From: Lingula anatina
Taxonomy: Eukaryota; Animalia; Brachiopoda
Length of the DNA: 64,000 nucleotides
Direction: 5' to 3'
Assembly: GCA_051362555.1 (NCBI GenBank)
Contig: CM120643.1
Coordinates: 5,952,001-6,016,000 of the forward strand
Made by a program: the position numbers and the translations under genes
Shown: piece by piece, positions 1 through 12,209 of the stretch
Numbering within the stretch: position 1 is the first letter of the stretch
How the letters are laid out: the number at the start of each line of letters is the position of its first letter
The notes under the pieces: model-generated
Told to the model about the DNA's origin: nothing
What the model saw: the letters and a program-made list of their open reading frames with translations, nothing else
Database searches by the model: none

Positions 1-1657
1 CATAAACCGTCTCGAATCGGACTTCTCACAACATTTTCCCCTTTCTTTAAACTTAACAAATTCAAGCCATCAAATTATGTAAGATTTTACCTCAAATTAC
101 CAAATATCATATCATCTCCATACATACAGGTAGACATACTGTCAAAAGATACTGGTAGATCAACTTAAACAGTTTTGAGTAAGAATTCTCACAATATTTG
201 TTTTTTTTAGTTCTTTTATTTTTTTGAAACAAAGTCAAGTTGTTACATCATCTAAGATTTAATTAAAAATATGATATTGCATACATGGACATACTTTATG
301 AACATTTCTGTAGTTGTCGTACATTTGTAACCTAAATTTCTTTGTCTTGGAAACTCGCTGATGAAAAGAGTATGTGTACTTATCTAAATACAAGTAATCT
401 ACAGGCCTTTTCTATATTTTGGCTATACACAAGACTTGACGAAACTCTCCCTGATATCTTTTATTTTATAAGTTTTTTTTTTTTTTGTTCTAAGTGTATT
501 TTGTGATAACCCTGTAAGAATGTTAGCATGGCTTTATTATGAATTTTCGATAAAAAAAACTAGTAGAATACTTTAACATAACAAGAAACAAAGATGACTG
601 TGCTGCTTTTAGTGGTTTCTTTCGACAGGATTTACGGTTTATTACGAGGCGGTCTATCTATACTACACTGAAGCTTCGACTTCATAACGAATAACGTTAT
701 TATGTCCACGACTGAAGGCATCCGTAACTGTTTTTGGATTAAAATACTCTAGATTCAGCAGAATTATCATATCAAAAACACCAAAAAGTGATATCTCAAA
801 TCTACCGGAGAAGTGTATTTTCATTTTTTTTTCCGTTATTAGATTATACATTTAATTCTCATGCCTAGATTACATTTGAAAAGTGTACTGTGCGATGGAA
901 TCGTAAACGATTTTCCATGCATTTTTTAAAATTTTATTTTGCATCGTAAGTGGCTACGGGCTACAGCGAATACGTTTACATTACGGACGGGTTAATGTTA
1001 TTGTTATAATGTTAATGATTTCACAATTAACTCTTATGCCTAGATTACACTAGAAAAGTGTGTCGTGCGTTTTTATTATTTTTTTTAACGTCGTACGGGC
1101 TACGGCGAATACGTTTACATTACAGATAGCTAGGTTAATGTTAATGTTAATGTTAATCAATCGCCAAAATATTAATTTTATTACGAAACATTGCTTTTTT
1201 ACACAGATACTGAGGAATTGAATCTCGAGCTGGACCAACCATTGTACTTCATATCTGCTCATTAATGACAAAATCCCCGCAATACTACTTGTACACAACA
1301 AGTAGACTGTCCTGCAGGTAGTTGCAACAGGTTTAATCAGCCCATGGGTACACAATGATGCTTTAAGGACTTCTTTAAAGCCTTCTGCTGCTGCTCCGCA
1401 GAGACGGAATAAATATAAAACATCGATGCATGTATCAGACTATTTCGAAAATAGATTATTTACCAGAATAAAATGGCGATTGTTTTATTTATTATTACTT
1501 TTACATGAGACTGAGCTCTCGGTTTTATTCTACCGGATTTCATTGCTGACAAAATCGATACTGGAGACGACGTAAAGCGGTTATGTTGACGTGGATAAAG
1601 ATATCAAATCCTAACTTGAGCTTTAACTAAAGCGTTTTACGTAACAGACAAGAGACT

Positions 1658-2109
1658 ATGATAAAAGCCAACCATAACGAACAATACAGCCGAAAAAACA
1701 ATGTAAAAATATATGGCATCCCGGAGTCTGAATCGGGCGATCAGACAACTTCTGCCCTAGTAACTAAAACATTAAAAGAGAAGATACAGGAAGAGGTGAA
1801 AGGCGGTGAAAGGCCAGGATTCCCGGCAAACCAGGGGAACCCAGGCCGATCATCTTAAAGTTAAAAAACACAGAGATAAAATCCCGTATCATGCGCAAAA
1901 GGGGTGAGCTAAAAAGGTCCGACAGAGCCCTGAGGCTAGCAGACGATGTTACAAAAGAAAATAAGGAACTACTTAAATTGCTGAATGACCATCCAGAATG
2001 CGAAAGTGCGTGGTATTTCAATGGCAGCATTTATGCCAAGATTAACGGCAAGGAAGGCAAGAAAAAATTCGACATCGGGGACGATATTGGGACAAAAATT
2101 CGCCACTAA
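1658..2109 (+). pseudogene. L1-type ORF1p fragment (frameshifted near 1815)
   Basis: NEQYSRKNNVKIYGIPE ... RIPGKPGEPRPIILKLKNTEIKSRIMRKRGELK ... RLADDVTKENKELL ... AWYFNGSIYAK: typical L1/Tx1 ORF1 RRM and CTD motifs. Confidence 0.85.
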
Positions 2110-2764
2110 AACCTTAACTCTATAATTTTGCTGCAAGTAAAATCGATTGAAACGATAAATTTCATTTCTTGATTTGTACAGAATAGTGCAAAAAAAGTAA
2201 ATAATTAATTAGGTTCTCTGTAGAATTAATACATAGAAATCATACATGTAAAAAGTTGTGATTAGGCCTATAGGATGTAAATAAGGAACTCTGTTTTGTT
2301 TCCAATTAAATTTAGTATTATCTTTATTGCTAGTATAATGTTTTCTACATCCACGACAAACACAGAGAAAAGGTGCGCTTTACGTCTAATCACATAGACT
2401 GAATGTTTGCCGAAATGGTATTATTATGCTTGGCACAAGAGCACACAATTATGGAATTCTATTCATGTATATTATTCCTCCGCGCATCAGTTGTTCTCAG
2501 CGCATCAGTGCGGAAATCTTCTGTCAGTGAATCCGTGGATGATGTGTGTGAATACCTGAGAAAAGACCAGCTACTTATGACTATAGAAATAGGAAGTGTG
2601 AATGAGAGCGTGATGATCGATGTTGTCTGTGTGGGAGGAGAACATGTATGTAAGTCTTGGTGTGTGTGGCTCCAGACTGAGTTAAGATATTTTCAGCTTG
2701 GTATTTTCTCATCTATGTATCTACATAACTACATATATATCATCTTAAGTTTCTTCCGAAATGA

Positions 2765-3239
2765 TACGTTTATAAAAAAACTGTACGAAACCCCTAAAAA
2801 TGAAATAAAATGGGAAAGGTTCTTTAATAAAGCAATAACATGGAATCTTATCTACAATCGTCTCCTGACAGATATAAAAGAATCCAAACTCAGATGGTTT
2901 AACTTTAGATGTATTCATAGAATTCTAGGGACAAAATACTTACTGTTCAAATATAAAATAGCGGATAATCCTCATTGCAATTTATGTAGCACAAGGATGG
3001 AAACAATTGAACATCTATTCATAGATTGTAATCTCGCAAAAAATTTGTGGAAGCAAATCGAAAACTGGTTTAGGGAAGAAAAGGGAGCCAATATTCATAT
3101 TTCTGCATCGGATATTATCCTCGGAAATAATGATGAGAAATTGAATTCATTGATTTCCCAGGTAAAATATTACATTTACAGTAAATCAAAAAATGGGGGA
3201 CATCTGTCCTTTAGGGACATCGAATGCTATCTGTGTTAG
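2765..3239 (+). pseudogene. L1-type ORF2 C-terminal zinc-binding region (zf-RVT)
   Basis: KLRWFNFRCIHRILGT...CNLCSTRMETIEHLFIDC..AKNLWKQI (CCHC). No endonuclease or RT core present. Confidence 0.9.
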
Positions 3240-4768
3240 AGAAAAAATGCTGTGCTTATCAATATCTTATTTACTAATGAAAATGATGAGCCATCAGTAG
3301 TAGTTATAAGTGTCTGTCTGTGTGTGTGTGAGAGAGAGAAGTAAGTGTGAGGTAAAAAAGAATTCTTGTATTCTGTAATTAACATTACCTAAGTTCAATA
3401 AAAAAAAATAAATTAAAAAAAAGAGGCTAAACTGAACAGAAGAACAGGTCCAATAGTGCTGTATCATCCTCACCGATCTTCTCTTGATGGATGACAGCCT
3501 GGCCCTTGTGAAAAATATTGAGAAAAACGTAAAGCGTGTGCTGGGGTTGCCAGACACCTTTTTTCTAGACCTTCTTCATGCCATTTTCTTTAGTTTTTTT
3601 TTCTTTTACAGATCTTGTATCAATGCTCCAACTTGAACATTCCCGGGCCCATCATAATACGTTGATAAAAAACGAATAAAGCAATGAAAGATTGGTGAGG
3701 GCACTTTCTACAATAAAACACCAACACTAAAAGTAATGATTAAAGATACCGAAATTTCTGCTAACTGTTGTCTTTTTCCCGTCATTCGTTTTAGTCTAAA
3801 TCATCATTTTGTGCATTGTCTTCAAATATTCATGAAGCACAGATTTTGGGAGAGGGGCAACTGCCACATTGAAGCCCACGTAATCCTCTAGCTCATTTCA
3901 TTTACACTAAGATCTAATAAACGGTATATTAGATCTTAGATTTACAAGCACACTTACCACATCGTCACCATGATAACAATATAACCTCTTTCTGTAAAAT
4001 AGCAAAATTTATGTCCACAATCAACTGATTTTGTAAGAATGAAAACATCAATTGAATAACATGACTATAAACTAATGTTATGAGATATACTTGTAGTATG
4101 TTTAACCTGAAGCTAGAGGATGAACAAGGACTGTGAGAAGTCGTTCTCTGTTATGAGTTCCTGACCACTCCTCTATGTCCAACCTTATCAGTAAAATACG
4201 TCGGGTGTGTTCTATGCCAAGTAAGTGTCTCGTCTGTCAAGCTGCAGGCAAATATGACATCAGTGCAAACACTGAATCGCCGAAAAGGAGAAGGGAGGTG
4301 GGGGGCAACGAGAAATTTACTCACTTGAAGTTGGCCGTGGACCGACTGGGGTCTCGGTCCTCGATGAAATGTATCAAGAATTTGTTTATAAATAGGTACT
4401 CTTTTTTCATATAAATTAAATTCATGACATTTGGAAACTTTTAAAATAAGTGAATTCAGTATAAAAAGTTCTGAGTATCTAAAAAATTTATTATGATACT
4501 CCGGAGAAATTATAAGAAAAATTATCATATCAGCGTCCTCTGTCATTTATCACTGTCTTCACTAGCACAATATGATGAAATTCATGGACAACGTCACAAT
4601 CATGTTGAGATAGACTCTGAGGTCAAATACTGTAGCATAATCACTGTTGTAACTCAACTTCCTCTATTTTCCCGGACCATTACATAGGCCTACCTGTCAA
4701 CATTGACAATTGCCAGAGAGGAAGATTCCCGCGCATGCCCTACGTCCCCCACCCGACACACACCCATA

Positions 4769-4771
4769 GAC

Positions 4772-4812
<41 letters not shown>
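4769..4812. repeat. (CA)n microsatellite
   Basis: Directly visible. Confidence 0.95.
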
Positions 4813-4815
<3 letters not shown>

Positions 4816-7800
4816 CTATTTTTTATGCTTTGCAAAGTAACACCTCGGTTAGAAATGTGTTGTTAGCAGTTAGCTATTAGCTAGTAGAATACTTTGACTA
4901 CACAAAATGATACAGAAAAATCAAATTTGCAATTAAGAACTTTATTATATTCCAATTCAAGTCATTCAATGTTTCAAAAATTTCATCAGCTGTTTTACAA
5001 CTTGGTCATACTAACAGCCTGTTTTAATCAATGATCAAAACAAGTCAATTTTTGCGCTCCGATATTTCAGTCTATATCGATCCGTTATGTGGCTTTCATC
5101 GGGGATTCAACTTTTTGCACACCTCAGGTAGAGGTGACACTCACGTCCTAAGCCTCACATTTTATGTTACTGAAACATTTTTGAAATATTGTTGAGATTT
5201 CTTTGTGAAGTCCCAAATATCTCAATAAATCATTTTTTAATTAAAAAAGTTATCATTCTGTCCTTCAAACCGCAATCTGTACTACTCTTTTTAACCCCAT
5301 TGCCTATGGGGACAGTTCAGCAAAAGCACTAAATCTCATTCATTAGCACTTCTGTCTTATGTTTTCTGATGTATTCTGGATAATTGCACAAATAGGCCCT
5401 AGTGCATATATGAAAATGTGCAATATTTCGTGCAAGTCGGCAAACATACTTGATGTGATAACATATGCTGTGACTTATTTTAATGTGGTAATCATCGACA
5501 GTTTGTGTAGTTCAAAAATAACAAACTTGGATTTCACGTAAATTCTGTCGGCACTTATGTTTTATCTGTAACTGACAGTAGGATACATACTGTCACGGCG
5601 TAGGGATTTAAGTCGTTTTTTCATTAGGTTGCGTCGCGTTCGTTGTGTGTAAAAACGCTAATTTCAAAGAAAAATTGCCGATAATTTCTTTCTCTTTTAA
5701 TTTTTTTAAATTTCAATTTCAAGACATGATAGACGAGTATCTAAGCTTTATTTTTTATTCATAGTGGCAACATTTCAGAGGAAGAATTTGATAGAGTAAA
5801 TCAGCGCTAAATTATAACGTCACGGTGATTTTCTAGCATAACAACAGCATAACATTTGCTGGAACTTATTTTAATTTGAGTTTTTTAGTCGTAGCGTTGA
5901 CGCTTTGCCAGTTAATTTTCTAGTGCTGCGTTTTTAGTAATGGCACTCTTTCTCATTAGACGTCATCCTTGAATTCGAAGTCCATCTTTGTGAATTACTA
6001 TAGTTGAAACATACGGTAGTTATATAAGTAGAAAAGATAAATCTGAACAGGTTTTTTAGTTGTAAAAGTTTGTATAACCTGGTGTATTTAAGTTAAAGGA
6101 CAACAGTAAACACCCGAACGCACTCAAAAATCAATTTCCCCGACTCTCCCAAACCTTTTATACCATCATCCATACCCTCCCCCCCTTCATTTTTGTGCCA
6201 TTTTTTTTAAACAACATATTTCCTTTTAATCCAACTTTCTCAATTGAATGGCTCGTCGACATCTAATTTAAACTAAAATATCATATTGTCATTTCCAATG
6301 GATTATTGGGTAATTTCTTTATGAAATTTTTATTCCCCCTCCCCGCCTCGCGTTATGTCTTCACTAACACAATGGGGTGATATTTGTGGAGTCCATCACA
6401 ATCATGGTTGAGACAGCATCAGAATCAAAACACCGGAGTCTCTATCGTAAGGTCTAGTTGGTCAAACATAGCAAAAACTGCTCAGATATTCAAATCAGTG
6501 AACCTTATTGAGTCATATGAAGAAAGCCAGTGACCTACATAATGTCGTTTCAATTTGGGGTTGATCTGAAGGATCTGAAGTTAATTTTCGTCTGGCTTTT
6601 TTTAAATATACTGAACACAAACGTCGTCCAATGTATTTTTAATGTTGTAAAGTACAAATGAAGTTTCATCCATAAAGTATTGGTGAGAGTTGAAAAGGAA
6701 AGGCGGTCACTTCAGCCTGCCACCTCCCCCTACCATGAATGTAATGGGATGGACAGCCTGGTAGGAGACGTCACTGCCTCAGTGCTGAGTGATCAGGAAG
6801 TGGAGCGAAGGCGGCTTAGATATTAAGTATACGATTATCGTAATTTCAGCCATATCAGTATAACGTTTGAAGAAATCAATGTTAGGTATTTGGTGATAAG
6901 TTACTTGTGATTTATTTTTGAAAAGTATTGTGACATCCGTTTGCTTAAAAGTGGTTTTGACCATTTCCCAACATTTTCCCCATGTACCATTTGATTTATT
7001 TCCTCCTTCACTTCATCTCATCACGTCTCATAAAACAAAGGAAGATGCAGTTGCACTTCATGTTCAGTATTTTGACCTTCTTCGGTAGAAATAGTAGTGG
7101 CAGTGGATGTGTACTGTGAGAAATGGCCAAGGAGGGGAAAATGCTGTGAAATGACTTGTGAGGGTCTGGCTATTGGCATGTTGATATTTACATGTAGTGA
7201 ACGGTTGGTAGTGGAATTATAGAATATGATATAGGTAAAGTAATGAACGTCCATTTCCTAAGTAAAGAACATAATTCAAGTATTAAGGAGGTATAGTAAT
7301 AAACTTCCATTTCGAATATTGGCAAGATTTCATAATTTAATATTTAATATTTCGTTTCATTAAAATGTGTGAGCTAAATTGAAGTTATATTGATTTCTGC
7401 GTGACATATTATAAGATCAACCTTTCAAGACATAGGGTGCAAGCTGATAGCCCGAAATGCTGTTTGGAGCGGATTTGGAAAGGCTCTGTCTAAAAGTGTC
7501 TTTTACGTGTTTTTTTAAATATAACATTACGAATTTGAGGTCTTTTACGAATTAAATGTAACATATTTAAAACGTAATGATATATCAGAATGCATGGTCA
7601 TCAGTTAAAAACTTGCTTTATTGTATTGAAATATGTTCTATACTATCTTATTGTCAAGTTTGTCACACGTGACATGTAAAATGATACTATTTGTGGTATT
7701 CTTCAGCAAGACAGCAAGGGATGACTTCAAGTTTAGATGGGAATTAAGTACGCACAAATACACACATTTTATGTCGGTTTAAAGCACAATATTTTTCTAT

Positions 7801-9194
7801 AATATTCAGAATTCTGTAATATTGAGTTTCACCTAAATCACCAAAGGACACATTATCGAAATCGGTGATAAATTCTACAAGTCCGGTGTCGAATTTTTAA
7901 TTTCTCTTTTTACCAGCGTGAGTATATTCTTCAGTCTCAGATACTCAAAATTGACTGAAATCTAGAATGTATCGACTGACGCTCATTGTGTGTCTTTCTT
8001 TTAATGTTAAGATGAGAAAAAAAAAAGGATTATCGTCTCTTGAAATTTGCTGTCTTGTTGAGTAAGAGATGTCATTTTACGAATCAAGATCGATTATTTT
8101 GTATCACAAGTGAAGTATTAGTCCCTTACCTACACTGGTCTATCGTTTCATTGTGTGAAAAGCTCCAGTGGCCAGACAATTTTCACGGTGCCATGAAGAT
8201 AAACAGTTAAAAAATATCCACAATAAATTCGGCAACCGTAGGATGCGCCAACATATAGATAATTGCGATAGTATTTATGCCAAAACATCAAAATGAATAG
8301 CCCTGCCGTTCCAATCGGCAATCCTCGACTGTCGAGTGCGGAGACATCCGAGTAGTTCCAAGTGCTGCCGTTCTACCCTTTAAACCAATCAAAGCAACGG
8401 AAAGGGGTCACGTGATCACTTGACCTACATCTGATCGATGTAAACAATGAATTTCCATGCGAAGCTTGCACATTTAATAGATGATTCCCATGCGTTGTTT
8501 CAATAAAAAAAATACGTCCTAGGTTTTTAAAATCGATGTCAATATCGAGAGAAAGATTTAAATAGTTGGAAAATACGTGTATTTTAGGTGTATTTATATA
8601 ATTGGCTAAATGATGACGTGAATTCACGGCAAAAAGGTATGTAGTATAGCCCGTAGACTGTGCACTGTACCACTTCTACAATCGCACACAGGTCACACTA
8701 TTACCCAATATAGTGATGATATAATCACTTGCATGTATGTTCAGTAATGTTACATTGAATGCATTTTAAATTCTCAGGTGTGTTAAAGCGCATATAATCA
8801 CTTAAAATTATTTGACTCAATATTTTACACTGATAAATAGTATAAATGCATGTGTAGAGTTACAAACTAGGTATCATGCGGACTGTCTGTTTATGAAGCT
8901 GGCAAGTGCTCAAAAAATTTTTTCAAAAATATATAAGTGCTTCACTAGGTAGAATAATTGAGTTTTTTATGTTCAAGTTTATCTTTAAATTGCAGAGGTA
9001 CAATTTTTAAAGAAGTTTAATTGTTGCAATTAATTGCAGCATTGTCTAGTAATAACAGCATATTAAAAGAAATAACAGCTCACATTTAACAAGGCTTTTA
9101 TGATATATATAATATATTTTTCCAACTTAATTATTTCAACTGTGAAATTATAACTTTCTACATTTCTTGTGCATATCTGAAAAAGATTAATAAA

Positions 9195-9660
9195 ATGCCA
9201 TTCGAACAGGTACACTTAAAGTTTTGCAAATGGATTTTAGGTCTAAGAAAGCAGGCTAGCAATACCATTTTTAGAGCTAAGCTTGGCAGTTACCCTATTA
9301 TTTCAACTATAACTAAACCTGTCTAAAGATTAGTCTTAGACTGGAACAACTACTAGTACATAATAGAACTGTAAATCAGGTGCACAGTCTTGAGCAAGAT
9401 ACAAAAGGAAACACATGGACAGAATCTATCCGAAGATAACAACCCACCAAAGAAATTATATCAAATAGAAAACCTTTTAGAAATATTGAACATAAAAATC
9501 GAAAAACACTTCTGGCAGGAATTAAATAGCTCAATCTCAAACAAATTAAGGGCATACAAAACAATAAAAAAATATTATGAATGTGAAAATTACATCAAAA
9601 TGAGTGTCTCCCCATTAAATATCAAAACACTTGCAAAAATTAGACTAAGTGACCACAACT
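9195..9660 (+). mobile_element. 3' ORF2 fragment of an RTEX-like non-LTR retrotransposon nested in the Academ-like element
   Basis: PFEQVHLKFCKWILGLRKQASN...KLGSYPI and SNKLRAYKTIKK.YECENYI...LAKIRLSDHN motifs, typical of the post-RT region of such LINEs. Clade assignment tentative. Confidence 0.7.
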
Positions 9661-10980
9661 TTTTTTTTTTTTTACAAATAATGCAGATGGCTGGCAGCAC
9701 TGGTGACTTTGATATACCAAACCCTGAGACTGATCTCAATTTCTTGGGAGATGGACCTTGTATTTTGGGAAGAGTACAACTGGTTGATGGTTCTGTAAAA
9801 GAAGCAAAATAACATTTTACTTTTCATACCATATACAGTATATTAGTGAATTATAATGTGCAGATACTGACTACTACAGAAACAACCTTAAATTAAGTTG
9901 GATAAATATCCAAATGGGTGTAACAAAGATATGTAAAAAATAGTAATGTGCTCAAAGTTCAGTTATAAAAACATTTGCCCTGCACAAATAAAAAGACAAC
10001 AGAGAATACATATTTCAAATAAAAACATCTGGATACCTGGTTACACAAATGATTTAGCAAATACAGAGCAGACCGCAAATCCTTGATTGTTGCAAGTGCA
10101 ATTGTATATACAATCACTATGATTTCACTATAAAATAAATAAATAATAATGAAATAAGATAAGACAGTGGCATGTGAGTTTATCAAATGATTGACACCAA
10201 GTGATATTGACAAGTATAATTACATATATTCTCATGATTCAAAGGGCATAGGGTAGGTATAGGATTCAATGTATTAGTGGCTCAGCATGTTCCTTTTATG
10301 AGGAACTAAGCTGTAACAAACTACAGGCAAATGAGACCCACTGTTTAATATTTGTTGCAACAAAGACAAATTAATCAAGCTTAAAGATCTAATAATTAAT
10401 AGGGACCCCACCAGAATTCTGCTGCCCAGATTAATATAAGATGCCTTGAATAAAAGTGCCTCTTCTCTTTAACTGAACTACATCTACCAGTCACCCTACT
10501 CATTATCATTATTCCTTTATTGATACTGTTTGTCAACGTAATTCTTTATTGATACTATTTATGTATACCTTTACTGATTCTATTCATAACGGAAAGTTAC
10601 AAGGATTATTCCTAACAGTCCTAATTAAATTAATCACATTGCAGCTTGTTCTGTGAAAAGCTATCCTACTTTTTCTGGCTCACAAGATACAATAAATAAT
10701 CCCTAAAATACATTCTCATTGAAGTTGGGCTTAGCCTATACACATTTATATTCACTAATGGTTGCACATGTGCAGCAATGTATTGGGGGGGAGGACCACT
10801 CCACAAATAACATAAAATATTCTACCATGATACTTAAGCCTCTGTCTCATAAAATCCCACCATAATATTTGTTTGTATATCTTGTTGTGTGAAGCCTTAC
10901 ATTATTTTGTGTAAATGCAATGCTAAAATGGATGAACTAATAATGAGATGTTAATCATGGCAAGAACATCAAGCTAGCTT

Positions 10981-11179
10981 AGACTGTATTCCCAGAGCTT
11001 TTAGATTGATCTGTCCCCGTGGGGAGTCTCACTAGATTACTGTCAGATAACCTGGCTTAAATGTCCGTCCCGCCTACTACAAGCTGTAAGGGGGTAATTA
11101 ACTTTCGTGTCCACCCCACTGACAGCTGTTTAGCGTGAACCCCTAAAGTAGATCGATCTAATCTCTGGAAATGGGGTCT
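10981..11179 (+). mobile_element. MITE (same family as 19131-19347)
   Basis: Imperfect TIRs AGACTGTATTCCCAGAG...TCTCTGGAAATGGGGTCT; internal sequence is the reverse complement of 19131-19347. Confidence 0.7.
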
Positions 11180-11409
11180 TTTACTATCTTATTCAACAGA
11201 GAATGAGTTGTTTCAAATCTTAAAACCTCTAAGTATTTACAAATAAAATAATAATAACACTAATAAACTTGTTTTTATCATTTTCTTTTTTTTCTTTCTT
11301 TCATATCACTTTTATCAGTCACATATTGTTATGTAACATCAGCCACGTACAATGTAAACATCACACGATCTGGGCTGACTTAAAAACAAATTACAATATG
11401 TTGACATAC

Positions 11410-11765
11410 CTTCTTCAGCAAGACTGCCTTGTTTCTCAGCTTTCTCATACTTCTTTGCCGCCTGAGATAACCCCTTCTTGTTAGTTAGCTTTCTGTAGCA
11501 AGAGTAGTGACATCGTGGTTTGGCTTCCAAATCGTCGAATCCTCTATCTAAATCCGTACGGATCCACTGAACAGCAGCGGCTTCTCTGCTGCCAAATTTC
11601 AGCCATTGTTTCGCTGCGACTCTAAAAGTTTCCCAGCGAAAACGTGTGATGGTATCTAGAGTCTCTTAATTAGCTACCTTCTTCTATGTGCATGCAACAC
11701 GAAAGATGAGAATTTGGCAAAGATTTCGCGTCTCCCTCCTCAGACTCTTCACTACAGCCGACCAT
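11410..11765 (-). pseudogene. N-terminal exon of Academ-type transposase (stop/frameshift)
   Basis: MVGCSEES...SCCMH...ETLDTITRFRWETFRVAAKQWLKFG...KPRCHYSCYRKLTNKKGL followed by GTATGT donor; HxxCY motif; starts just inside the right TIR. Confidence 0.6.
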
Positions 11766-12209
11766 GCTGCTTTGTTTACATGGCATGGCCTGGTGGAAAG
11801 GTGACGTGACCCCCTTTCCGTTGCTTTGATTGGTTAAAAGGCTCGAACGGCGGGGCTATTCATTTTGATATTTTGACATAAATACTATCGCAATTATCTA
11901 TATGTTGGCGCTTCTCTCGGTTGCCGAATTTTATTGTGGATATTCTTTAACTGTTTATCTTCATGCACCGTAAAAATTGTTTGGCCACATCACATATTGA
12001 AGGAAAGAGCTTTTCTAAACGCTTTTATTAGTATCAGGTGGGGGACTAGCAACTGAAGATGTTTAAACTTAATACATTTTATAAAAAAAAAAAGGAAATT
12101 AAAGCATATATAAACAAATATTAGTTTAGCCACATTTTCCAATTGTAAAAACATGGGAGTATTCCATCACAATTTTCTAGAAAATCTATTACTAAAAGCT
12201 GAGACTAAC

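Larger units (their letters stand above)
1655..3420 (+). mobile_element. Internally deleted L1/Tx1-type non-LTR retrotransposon
   Basis: Absent from the duplicate (empty site CAGGCAAGAGGTAAA at ~32763-32777). AAGAG at 1650-1654 and 3421-3425 is a candidate TSD. AATAAA plus A-rich tail at 3397-3422. Carries ORF1 and ORF2 C-terminal remnants. Confidence 0.88.
1205..4380 (-). pseudogene. Decayed spliced gene, copy 1: death-fold (DED/DD)-like exon plus TRADD-N-like exon
   Basis: Minus-strand splice sites conserved in both duplicates (donor at 4324, exon 3958-3991, acceptor at 3708). Translations KVPSPIFHCFIRFLSTYYDGPGNVQVGALIQDL*...QEKIGEDDTALLDLFF and LQDSLLVVYK/SIAGILSLMSRYEVQWL with stops and frameshifts. 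Domain identity is by motif resemblance only. Confidence 0.4.
165..8118 (+). repeat. Segmental duplication, copy 1 (partner at ~31337-38965)
   Basis: Collinear alignment by eye: 170-1625 ~ 31340-32710, 3421-4393 ~ 32768-33662, 4394-4430 ~ 36529-36565, 5767-8118 ~ 36584-38965; near-identical ORFs 7021-7254 and 37836-38069. Confidence 0.95.
8119..12048 (-). mobile_element. Academ-like non-autonomous DNA transposon with long TIRs
   Basis: Termini TAGTCCC(8119)...GGGACTA(12048); imperfect inverted repeats ~8119-8420 vs ~11800-12048; transposase N-terminal exon inside; no matching TSD. Confidence 0.72.

Noticed and set aside
2403-2760. N-terminal half of the 278-aa ORF as real protein
   Set aside because: It is inter-ORF spacer sequence that is open by chance; only the part after ~2765 has L1 motifs.
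6779-7254. Duplicated ORFs (also 37528-38069) as conserved genes
   Set aside because: Similarity is explained by the recent duplication; no recognisable domain; the stop position differs between copies for one ORF.
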